Of a stretch of DNA of 64,000 nucleotides, positions 45,855-53,758 are shown in pieces. This DNA comes from Candidatus Doudnabacteria bacterium (GTDB taxonomy: Bacteria > Patescibacteriota > Doudnabacteria > UBA920). The notes beneath the pieces are model-generated. The model searched no databases. It worked only from the letters and a program-made list of their open reading frames with translations, and was not told where the DNA came from. The stretch covers positions 11,330 through 75,329 of the forward strand of contig JARLHZ010000022.1 of assembly GCA_031291995.1 (NCBI GenBank). Direction: 5' to 3'. Numbering within the stretch: the first letter of the stretch is position 1; each line of letters begins with the position of its first letter. The position numbers were made by a program, and so were the translations under genes.

Positions 45855-46379
45855 ATGATAGAAAAAGGTAAGGGCGGTGCCAACACTCAAACAGGATTAA
45901 AATTTGAAAAAAAGATTGACATTTTAAGCTTGCTATCTAAGACTAAAGGTTACACAATTCGAGACAAGAGTTTAATATTGTTTAATGGAAAAGAAGTTGC
46001 CAGAAGCTATAGAAAAAATGCATTGTATAAATATTTAGAGGAGAAAGGGGTTGATTACAAAAGCATAATATCAAAAAAATGGCTCCCTGATGAAGCGCTT
46101 TATGTAATTGCAAACAACACCTTGTTTATTATTGAAATCAAATTCCAAAAAGTTGGAGGCTCGGTTGATGAAAAATTACAGACTTGTGACTTTAAAAAAA
46201 AGGTATACAAAAAACTTATGGCCCCATTAAATATCGATGTTGAATACATATATATTTTAAGCAATTGGTTTCAGCATCCAAGGTATAAGGACACTTTAGA
46301 ATATGTAATTGATATGGGTTGTCAGTATTATTTTGAATTTTTACCACTAAAAAAAATTGGTTTACCGCTTCCAGAATAA
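45855..46379 (+). CDS. PD-(D/E)xK nuclease, putative type II restriction endonuclease
   Basis: GLKFE...LPDEA...IIEIKFQ..GSVDEKL; directly downstream of the MTase; AT-rich. Confidence 0.75.
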   Translation: MIEKGKGGANTQTGLKFEKKIDILSLLSKTKGYTIRDKSLILFNGKEVARSYRKNALYKYLEEKGVDYKSIISKKWLPDEALYVIANNTLFIIEIKFQKVGGSVDEKLQTCDFKKKVYKKLMAPLNIDVEYIYILSNWFQHPRYKDTLEYVIDMGCQYYFEFLPLKKIGLPLPE

Positions 46380-46482
46380 AAGAAAGCCATATTTAACAAT
46401 AGTATTGTTCGTTCTTGTTATAGAGGACAGACTACAAAAATGGGTATATGCCCATTTTTTTGTTTTGTGGTATGGTAATAGT

Positions 46483-48108
46483 ATGGATTTTAATTTATTG
46501 AATTTACTTAAGGAAAAACGGCGGGAGATTGCTGGGAGGGAGGGGAGGGAGCTTTTTCGGGTGTTTCAGAATAAAACATTAGAGGCTACAGTTGAGGCTA
46601 TGCCTAAGGGTCTTAGGGATTTGGAAAACATTAAGGGTTGGGGAAAAAAGAAAATTGCGATGTATGGCCGGGAGATTTTGGAAGTTTTAAATGGCACACC
46701 GGTTAATGATAATTCCTTATTTAGTTTTAATAGTAAAAGCACAACTCCTGCCCAGACTCCGGCGGTTAAATCGGCAACTCCTAAACAGCCGGCAGGTCCG
46801 AGGGTTTTGAGCGTGCAGGAATTGCTGGCGTATTTAAATGACCGATTTGTGCAGCTGGGGACTTTGCAGGTGCGAGGAGAAATTACGGAAATTAGCAAGC
46901 GGGATAATTATTGTTTTTTTACCATCAAAGATTCCCAAAGTCAGGATCATCTGGTCAGCTGCTTTATGGGCCGCATAGCTATGAATGCCTACGACTACTT
47001 GTTGGACGAAGGAATGGAAGTGGTTATAAGCGCCGTACCGTCATTGTATAAAACCGGACGCTTTAGTTTAACCGTCAGCAAAATTGAGGCTTTTGGCGAA
47101 GGCGCGTTAAAAAAAGCTTTTGAGGCTTTAAAAAATAAACTCCAGGATAAAGGTTTTTTTGACGTGGAGCGCAAACGGCCGATGCCGGAGTACATAAACA
47201 AAATCGGACTCATTACGTCGGAAAGCGGCGCCGCGGTGCGCGACTTTTTAAAAAATTTGGGGAATTACGGTTTCCAAATCACCCTTTGCGACGTGCGGGT
47301 GGAAGGGGATTACGCCGAGGAGTCTATTATAAACGCCATTGGCAAACTTAATAAAGCCCGACCGGATTTGGACGTATTGGTCCTGCTGCGCGGCGGCGGC
47401 AGTCTGGAAAATTTTAAAGCCTTTAATTCGGAAGGCGTGGCCGAGGCCATAGTCACATCGCGCCTTCCCATCCTTACGGGAATTGGCCATGAGCGGGATA
47501 TTAGCATTGCGGATTTGGCCGCGGATCTGTCGCTTTCCACGCCCACGGCCGTGGCCGCGTATATTAAAAACCAGAGGATTGGTTTGATCGAACATGTCGG
47601 CAGAATTGCGGATGACTTAGCAGCAGCTGCCGAAAATATTTTATCGGCACAAAAAGAAAAACTGGCAGACGCGCAAATGGGGCTGAAGAACTCCTATTAC
47701 GAAATTTTACATAACCAAAAGGTTAAGTTGGGCCGGCTGGCCGCGCAAATGCAGTATGGTTTGGATAAAGTTTTTAACCGGTTCCGGGAACTGGAGAAAG
47801 CCTTTATTCACAGCTTTTATCATCAGCGCTCGCTTATTCAGGCCCACTTACACAGAACCGGCCAAATTACGCGAGAAAGTTGCATTATACTGGCAAAGAA
47901 ATTACAATTCCATAAGGGGCGGCTGGATGTGGCCGAAGCCGCGCTAATGCCGCTAAGCCCCGAGGCCGTGCTAAAAAAAGGCTACAGCATTGTTTATAAA
48001 TCGGGCAAAGTCTTAAAAAATGCCGCCGATGTTCAGCCCGGCGATATGTTAAATTTAAAATTATATAAAGGAAATATTTTAACGTCTGCTGAGGAAATAA
48101 ATAATTAA
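46483..48108 (+). CDS. xseA: Exodeoxyribonuclease VII large subunit with N-terminal HRDC domain
   Basis: LSVQELL, VRGEI, IGLITSESGAAVRDF, RGGGS.E..AFNSE, TGIGHERD, TPTA, SPEAVLKKGYSIV; HRDC-like first ~70 aa. Confidence 0.92.
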   Translation: MDFNLLNLLKEKRREIAGREGRELFRVFQNKTLEATVEAMPKGLRDLENIKGWGKKKIAMYGREILEVLNGTPVNDNSLFSFNSKSTTPAQTPAVKSATPKQPAGPRVLSVQELLAYLNDRFVQLGTLQVRGEITEISKRDNYCFFTIKDSQSQDHLVSCFMGRIAMNAYDYLLDEGMEVVISAVPSLYKTGRFSLTVSKIEAFGEGALKKAFEALKNKLQDKGFFDVERKRPMPEYINKIGLITSESGAAVRDFLKNLGNYGFQITLCDVRVEGDYAEESIINAIGKLNKARPDLDVLVLLRGGGSLENFKAFNSEGVAEAIVTSRLPILTGIGHERDISIADLAADLSLSTPTAVAAYIKNQRIGLIEHVGRIADDLAAAAENILSAQKEKLADAQMGLKNSYYEILHNQKVKLGRLAAQMQYGLDKVFNRFRELEKAFIHSFYHQRSLIQAHLHRTGQITRESCIILAKKLQFHKGRLDVAEAALMPLSPEAVLKKGYSIVYKSGKVLKNAADVQPGDMLNLKLYKGNILTSAEEINN

Positions 48109-48111
48109 GCC

Positions 48112-48165
48112 GTAGCGTGCCCATTTATGGGCGTTCTAGAAATCGCCGATGAATCGGCACGCTAC
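48112..48165. repeat. Canonical GTAG-REP doublet (REPIN-like)
   Basis: GTAGCGTGCCCATTTATGGGCG-10 nt-CGCCGATGAATCGGCACGCTAC. Confidence 0.88.
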
Positions 48166-48175
48166 ACATATAACT

Positions 48176-48406
48176 ATGCCAACCGAAAAAAATAAACTTC
48201 AAACCGCGCTTAAACAGCTTGAAACCATTGTCGACGATCTAAGCAATAAAGACGTAGACGTCGAGTCCGGGCTGGAAAAGTTCAGGAGCGGCGTGGACTT
48301 GATTAAGTACTGCCGCACGGAATTAAACAAAGCCGAAAACGAATTCCAAAAACTCAAAACGGAATTGGAAACCGAAGAAACCTTACAGGACGAAAATCCG
48401 GTGTAG
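48176..48406 (+). CDS. xseB: Exodeoxyribonuclease VII small subunit
   Basis: LQTALKQLETIVDDL..DVDVESGLEKFRSGVDLIKYCRTELNKAE. Confidence 0.92.
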   Translation: MPTEKNKLQTALKQLETIVDDLSNKDVDVESGLEKFRSGVDLIKYCRTELNKAENEFQKLKTELETEETLQDENPV

Positions 48407-48525
48407 TTTGCCGATTTGTCAGTGTCGGTCGCGACCGAAGGGAGTTATCGTACTTCCAGCCAAACAAATATTAAAGCAAAAAACCCCGGGATAAGGTTAA
48501 GATTGGAGCTCATTTTATAAATTTT

Positions 48526-49086
48526 ATGGTTATGATAAAATCCGTATTCTTTTTTACTTCTATAGTTTTATTGGCCGCCGGTTGCGGGAAGACAAGCCCT
48601 AATCCGAGCCCAAGCCCCAGCCCCAGCCCTATTGACTGCACGCAGGAAGCTAGGCAGTGTCCGGACGGCAGTTATGTTAGCCGCAGCGGGCCAAATTGCG
48701 AGTTTGCGGCCTGTCCGTCATTTCATGCCGTGCCAACTTCATCGGCTCCATCATTACCGCCCCCAAGCCTTCCGGCAAAAACGGGTGGAATTAATGGTTA
48801 CGTGCATACCGGGCCTTCGTGCCCGGTGCAAAAAGATCCCCCCGATCCGAATTGCGCTGACAAGCCGTATGTTTATATCGAAGTCGCCGTTATCGGTCCG
48901 GACGGCAAACAAGTCCAAATCCAAACCGACTCGTATGGTAAATTTAGCCTGCCAGTGCTGGCAGGGACCTATACCGTTAAAGTAATCCAAGAAAGCATGT
49001 TGCCCCGTTGTGAAGAAAAAACAGTGGCAGTTACCGGAGGCAAGCCTTCATTAGTAGATATTTCGTGTGATACCGGAATCCGTTAA
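48526..49086 (+). CDS. Lipoprotein with a Cys-rich CTQEAxxCPDGS motif and a carboxypeptidase-regulatory-like domain
   Basis: Lipobox LLAAGC, (SP)n linker, CTQEARQCPDGSYVSRSGPNCEFAACP, TDSYGKFSL..AGTYTV. Confidence 0.75.
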   Translation: MVMIKSVFFFTSIVLLAAGCGKTSPNPSPSPSPSPIDCTQEARQCPDGSYVSRSGPNCEFAACPSFHAVPTSSAPSLPPPSLPAKTGGINGYVHTGPSCPVQKDPPDPNCADKPYVYIEVAVIGPDGKQVQIQTDSYGKFSLPVLAGTYTVKVIQESMLPRCEEKTVAVTGGKPSLVDISCDTGIR

Positions 49087-49217
49087 ATTGGCCGCAAAAA
49101 TTTGGCATCATTTTATGAACTCATATGAACGCGTCCGGAAAAGATCGTAGTTTTCAAGAGTATGCCATTAGGATATCATAATGGCTGGCCCATTAATTAT
49201 TATCTAATATTAATTTT

Positions 49218-49616
49218 ATGCGCGGATTTAATTCAAATATTGAACAGGACACTTTGGCCAATACCAATTTTCGCAAAGTATTATATACCGGCCGGCATAG
49301 TCAACTGGTATTAATGAGCCTTAAACCGAAAGAGGAAATCGGCATGGAGGTACACGCGGAAAATGACCAGTTTTTTCGTATTGAAAAGGGTCAGGGCAAG
49401 TGTATAATCGACGGGCATGAGTACGTTTTGGCTGACGGCACCGCCATTGTTGTTCCGGCCGGGGCACAGCATAACGTAATAAATACATCGGCCACCGAAG
49501 ACTTAAAGCTTTACACCCTTTACAGTCCGCCGCATCACAAAGACGGCATTGTGCGCGCCAGCAAGGCAGAGGCCGAGCGGAGCGAAGAGGAATTTGACGA
49601 CCAAACTACGGAATAA
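49218..49616 (+). CDS. Cupin-domain protein
   Basis: NFRKVLYTG..QLVLMSL..EEIGMEVH..DQFFRIE.G, VPAGAQHNVIN. Confidence 0.9.
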   Translation: MRGFNSNIEQDTLANTNFRKVLYTGRHSQLVLMSLKPKEEIGMEVHAENDQFFRIEKGQGKCIIDGHEYVLADGTAIVVPAGAQHNVINTSATEDLKLYTLYSPPHHKDGIVRASKAEAERSEEEFDDQTTE

Positions 49617-49622
49617 AAAATT

Positions 49623-49880
49623 ATGAACAAATACGAGCGCGTGCCGGAAAAAGTAATAGATTTGCACGGATATACCACCCGGGAGGCAAAGGAGATTTTA
49701 GACGAGTTGCTCGGAGGGGCGTTTAAGCATGTGCGGATTATTACCGGAAAAGGGACTTTTAGGGAGACAGGGCCGGTAATGCGGAATTTTGTGGAAGGGT
49801 ATTTAAAACGCCTTGAAATAAAATTTGAAACCGCCAAACTTTACAACGGCGGCGATGGCGCGTTTGAAGTTTATTTTTAA
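49623..49880 (+). CDS. Stand-alone Smr/MutS2-domain protein
   Basis: IDLHGYT..EA, RIITGKG, GGDGAFEV. Confidence 0.9.
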   Translation: MNKYERVPEKVIDLHGYTTREAKEILDELLGGAFKHVRIITGKGTFRETGPVMRNFVEGYLKRLEIKFETAKLYNGGDGAFEVYF

Positions 49881-49952
49881 TAGTTTCCCGGACCAAATAA
49901 TTTGCCTAAAATTTACGGCAGACTAGATGGAATTTAGTGTTATAATTCATAT

Positions 49953-50681
49953 ATGAATACACAAACACAACCAATTACGGTTCCGCATATTGTGCCGACA
50001 CACGCAAAACCCGGAACAAAGTTAAACTGGCTCCGCGCGGCGGTCCTCGGTGCGAATGACGGGATTGTTTCCACCGCGTCGCTTATTGTCGGCGTGGCCG
50101 GAGCATCCAATTCCCGCGGGTTTATTTTAACGGCGGGCGTGGCCGGTTTGGTGGCCGGGGCGTTAAGTATGGGGGTAGGGGAATATGTTTCGGTAAGCAC
50201 CCAGCGCGATACGGAAAAGGCCATGCTGGAAAAAGAGCGCGAGGAATTATTAAAAAATCCCGATTACGAACTTCAGGAACTGGCCTCCATGTACAAGCAA
50301 AAAGGACTAAGCGACCAAACCGCGCTTACGGTTGCGCGGGAGCTGACTTCCCATGACGCTTTTGCTTCGCATGTTGAAACGGAGCTGGGAATAGACCCCA
50401 ATAACCTTACCAACCCGTGGCACGCGGCCTTTGCTTCTTCCGGAGCATTTGTGTTTGGGGCCATTATTCCGATTGTAATGATCCTTATTTCCTCCGCGGA
50501 CTGGAGATTGCCCGTAACTTTTGCCGGGGTGTTAATGGCCTTAGTAGTAACGGGGGCGGCCAGCGCGCACGCGGGCGAAGCCGGCAAAGTGAAAGCCACG
50601 GTGCGCGTGGTAATTGGCGGTATGCTGGCTATGGCCGTAACTTTCGGCATCGGCAAACTGTTTGGCACCACGGGCATATAA
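49953..50681 (+). CDS. VIT1/CCC1 Fe/Mn transporter
   Basis: NWLRAAVLGANDGIVS, GALSMGVGEYVSVSTQRD. Confidence 0.93.
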   Translation: MNTQTQPITVPHIVPTHAKPGTKLNWLRAAVLGANDGIVSTASLIVGVAGASNSRGFILTAGVAGLVAGALSMGVGEYVSVSTQRDTEKAMLEKEREELLKNPDYELQELASMYKQKGLSDQTALTVARELTSHDAFASHVETELGIDPNNLTNPWHAAFASSGAFVFGAIIPIVMILISSADWRLPVTFAGVLMALVVTGAASAHAGEAGKVKATVRVVIGGMLAMAVTFGIGKLFGTTGI

Positions 50682-50739
50682 CGGGAGACAATTACCCGGC
50701 GCGGGCGTATAAGCTAAAGCCATTAACGAAAGGAGTTTT

Positions 50740-51183
50740 ATGTTGAATGCGGGAACTAAAGCCCCGGAGTTTACGCTATTGGACGACGGTTTGAATAAAA
50801 TAAGCTTAAGCGATTTTGCCGGAAAATATGTGGTGGTGTATTTTTATCCGGAAGACGACACCCCTGGCTGTACCAAAGAAGCCTGTGCTATTCGTGATTT
50901 CTTCGGTGAATTTGAAAAACAGGGAATTGTTGTTTTAGGAATTTCTAAGGATTCGCCGGAGTCGCATAAAAAATTTAAAGAAAAATATCATTTGCCGTTT
51001 ACCCTGCTTTCGGATCCGGAGCGGCAGGTAATTACCGGCTACGGCGCGGCCGAGGGAGCGCGGAACAAACGCGTTAGTTATGTTATTGATCCGCACGGCA
51101 TTATTGTCAAAACATACCCCAACGTGGATCCTTCCTCCCACGCGGCGGAAATTTTGAACGATTTCAAAAGCCTGCAAAATTAA
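50740..51183 (+). CDS. bcp: Peroxiredoxin Bcp/PrxQ
   Basis: VVYFYPEDDTPGCTKEAC, LPFTLLSD. Confidence 0.93.
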   Translation: MLNAGTKAPEFTLLDDGLNKISLSDFAGKYVVVYFYPEDDTPGCTKEACAIRDFFGEFEKQGIVVLGISKDSPESHKKFKEKYHLPFTLLSDPERQVITGYGAAEGARNKRVSYVIDPHGIIVKTYPNVDPSSHAAEILNDFKSLQN

Positions 51184-51198
51184 AAACCACAAAGCTTA

Positions 51199-51906
51199 AT
51201 GGCCAAATTTTACGGCAGAAACAGCCGGTACCTAATTTGGGGCGATTTAAAAAATTACATTTACGCGGTAGGGTTGGTTTTATCGGTGCTGGTTATTGTC
51301 TGGGCGTTTTTAAAATCATCCTGGGTCCTGGCCGCGCCATTTGCCGCGCTAATCGGGATTTTTATTTTGGTCCGGCTTGCCGATCCGCTATTAATGCATT
51401 TTCGGCGAAAGTCGGACAAGTATTATCGGGGGTTTGCCGGCGAAGTGGCCATAAAACAGGTGCTTAAAGAATTGTCCGACGATTATATTGTTTTTCAGGA
51501 TTTAAAATTTCCCGGGCTTCGGGGCAATATAGATTTTGTGGTGATGGGACCTACGGGAATTTTTACCCTCGAGGTTAAAAGCCATTACGGGGAAATCGGA
51601 TTTAATGGCCGGGATTTGACCTTAAACGGCCGGTTATTCCCGGAACAAAATATTTTAAAGCAGGGCTACGCCGAAGCTTTAAGGCTGAAAAATTATATCC
51701 GGGATTCTGCCGGCCGGGAAGTTTATATAATACCGGTTATAGTTTTTAGCCGCGGCTACGGTTTGCGTTTTGGTTTAAATCCCGTTGACGGCGTTTACGT
51801 AGTCGGTAAAGACTTTTTGTTGGAGCTCATTGGCCGCCACCCCAACTATAAATACCCGCTGTCCCAAGAGCAATTAATCGCCGATCTCAAGATGCTTGTC
51901 GCTTAG
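51199..51906 (+). CDS. NERD-domain nuclease with N-terminal TM helices
   Basis: GFAGE, NIDFVVMGPTGIFTLEVKS, QGYAEA. Confidence 0.85.
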   Translation: MAKFYGRNSRYLIWGDLKNYIYAVGLVLSVLVIVWAFLKSSWVLAAPFAALIGIFILVRLADPLLMHFRRKSDKYYRGFAGEVAIKQVLKELSDDYIVFQDLKFPGLRGNIDFVVMGPTGIFTLEVKSHYGEIGFNGRDLTLNGRLFPEQNILKQGYAEALRLKNYIRDSAGREVYIIPVIVFSRGYGLRFGLNPVDGVYVVGKDFLLELIGRHPNYKYPLSQEQLIADLKMLVA

Positions 51907-51957
51907 TTCTACCTGCTCTAATTCGCGCGAATAGGAGAATGGTGGTATAATGGTTGT

Positions 51958-52218
51958 ATGGAACAAACGGAACAGATATTAAAAGCCTTAGCCAACAAAC
52001 GGCGGCTGGCCATTGTCAAACTGCTGAGCAACAACGCGAAATATTCGGTGGGGCACATTGCCAAAGAAATAAAATTGTCTCTCAAGGCCACTTCCAAGCA
52101 TCTCGGCATTTTATTCAACGCGAATATTTTGGAGAAGGAACAGGTTAACTTATTAATTTATTACAGTCTGGTCCGCCCGACCTCTTCCATAGTCCGGTCA
52201 GTAGTGGGCAGGCTCTAA
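51958..52218 (+). CDS. ArsR-family transcriptional regulator
   Basis: KALANKRRLAIVKLL, SVGHIA..LSLKATSKHLGIL. Confidence 0.88.
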   Translation: MEQTEQILKALANKRRLAIVKLLSNNAKYSVGHIAKEIKLSLKATSKHLGILFNANILEKEQVNLLIYYSLVRPTSSIVRSVVGRL

Positions 52219-52222
52219 ATTT

Positions 52223-52702
52223 ATGGAAAAATTCAAATACAAATTAACTTCGCCTGTTATAATGTGGGGGATTATCGCCATCGGCGGGGTCATCTTGTGG
52301 TACTCGGTTCCCCGTGGCCGATTGTTTTACAGCGGAATGTTTGGGATTGCGCTGTTGGTTTTGGGAGCGGTAAATTGGATATATATTTTAGTTAAGTCCT
52401 TCAGCGTCCATGCCAAAGTCGGCGCCAGCGTTAACCGCATTGACCGGCTGATTACCGAAGGAACGTACGCGGTAGTCCGGCATCCGATTTACGCGGCCGA
52501 TATTGTTTTTGTCTGGTGCATATTTTTATATTATCCGGCCTTTGTCATGTTATTTATTGCCGTCTGGGCTACCATAGTCTTTGTTTTTTGGTCCGCTCTG
52601 GAAGAGCGCATGCTTGAAGAAAAATTTCTGGACGACTACCGCGCCTACAAACAGCAGGTACCCAGGTTCATTCCAAGGTTTAATGCGCGTCGTCCGGTTT
52701 AA
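52223..52702 (+). CDS. Isoprenylcysteine carboxylmethyltransferase/PEMT-family membrane protein
   Basis: LITEGTYAVVRHPIY, EERML..FLDDYRAYKQQVPRFIP. Confidence 0.88.
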   Translation: MEKFKYKLTSPVIMWGIIAIGGVILWYSVPRGRLFYSGMFGIALLVLGAVNWIYILVKSFSVHAKVGASVNRIDRLITEGTYAVVRHPIYAADIVFVWCIFLYYPAFVMLFIAVWATIVFVFWSALEERMLEEKFLDDYRAYKQQVPRFIPRFNARRPV

Positions 52703-52716
52703 ACACAACAACCGTC

Positions 52717-53124
52717 ATGGATAACGCATATAACTGGTACAATCGGCTCATACTGCCCTCCTGGGCGCCGCCCAAGCAAGTTTTTGCCCCGGTCTGGACC
52801 GTGCTTTATATGTTAATAGCCGTATCTTTCGGTACGGTTTTTTATATGGCCTGGCAACAGCAAATCTCTCTCGTGGTCGTTTTACCTTTTGTCCTGAATT
52901 TGCTTTTTAATTTTTCATTTACCACAATCCAATTCAGGCTGAGAAACAACCTTTTTGCCGCCGCGGATATTTTGCTGGTTTTGGCCACCATTGTCTGGGC
53001 CGCGATTGCTATATTTCCTTTTAAACCTTGGATAGCATATATCCAAACCCCTTATTTTCTTTGGGTTATATTTGCTACGGCATTACAATTAACCGTCAGT
53101 TATTTAAACAGGATAAAAAAATAA
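52717..53124 (+). CDS. tspO: TspO/MBR family protein
   Basis: WYNRLILPSWAPP..FAPVWTVLY, PYFLWVIFATAL. Confidence 0.9.
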   Translation: MDNAYNWYNRLILPSWAPPKQVFAPVWTVLYMLIAVSFGTVFYMAWQQQISLVVVLPFVLNLLFNFSFTTIQFRLRNNLFAAADILLVLATIVWAAIAIFPFKPWIAYIQTPYFLWVIFATALQLTVSYLNRIKK

Positions 53125-53128
53125 AATT

Positions 53129-53581
53129 ATGGATATGCAAAAACCGCTTAACTTTGACGAACTGAAAAAAACTTTTAAGCCGATGCGCGACGTTAATGCC
53201 GAACACCGGCAGCATCTTTCCAAGCTGGAACGGTTGGCGGTCTGGATTACCGATCATATAGGCACAATGGGATTTATCCTGATAATTTTTTGCTGGACCA
53301 TATTGTGGCTGTCCTGGAACACGCTCGCTCCCAAAGCGGAAAGGTTTGACCCGTTTCCGGCCTTCGTTTTATGGTTGTTTATTTCCAATATGATCCAAAT
53401 ATTTCTTATGCCGCTAATTATGATCGGCCAAAATTTGCAGGGCCGCCACGCGGAACTGCGCGCGCAGGCGGATTTTGAAGTTAATACCAAGGCGGAACTG
53501 GAAGTTGAGGCGATATTAAGACATTTGGAAAATCAAAATAAATTGATTTTGGAAATTTTAAGAAAATTGGAAAATAATTAG
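53129..53581 (+). CDS. DUF1003 membrane protein
   Basis: FDPFPAF, PLIMIGQN..RHAELRAQADFEVN.KAE. Confidence 0.85.
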   Translation: MDMQKPLNFDELKKTFKPMRDVNAEHRQHLSKLERLAVWITDHIGTMGFILIIFCWTILWLSWNTLAPKAERFDPFPAFVLWLFISNMIQIFLMPLIMIGQNLQGRHAELRAQADFEVNTKAELEVEAILRHLENQNKLILEILRKLENN

Positions 53582-53758
53582 CCACGGGCGGCACTGGAAA
53601 TGCGGCATTTTGCGGACAAACCATCCTTAAATATAAACTTTTTCCGGATTCGGCCGCCATGCCGGATCTTTTTTTGAATTCTTCCCCTGTTATGTTATAA
53701 TGATTACGACAATTTGCCTGTGGAAACAAAAAGCTAAAGCTTTGATAATAAAACAAAT

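Noticed and set aside
46357-46482. Longer xseA N-terminus from the ORF track (likewise the extensions at 41897, 36741, 35282, 48149, 24978, 29444)
   Set aside because: The extensions overlap upstream genes or run through repeats and promoters; downstream ATGs have the typical context.
48595-48630. CCNAGC hexamer repeat
   Set aside because: It is an in-frame (SP)n linker of a lipoprotein, ordinary low complexity.
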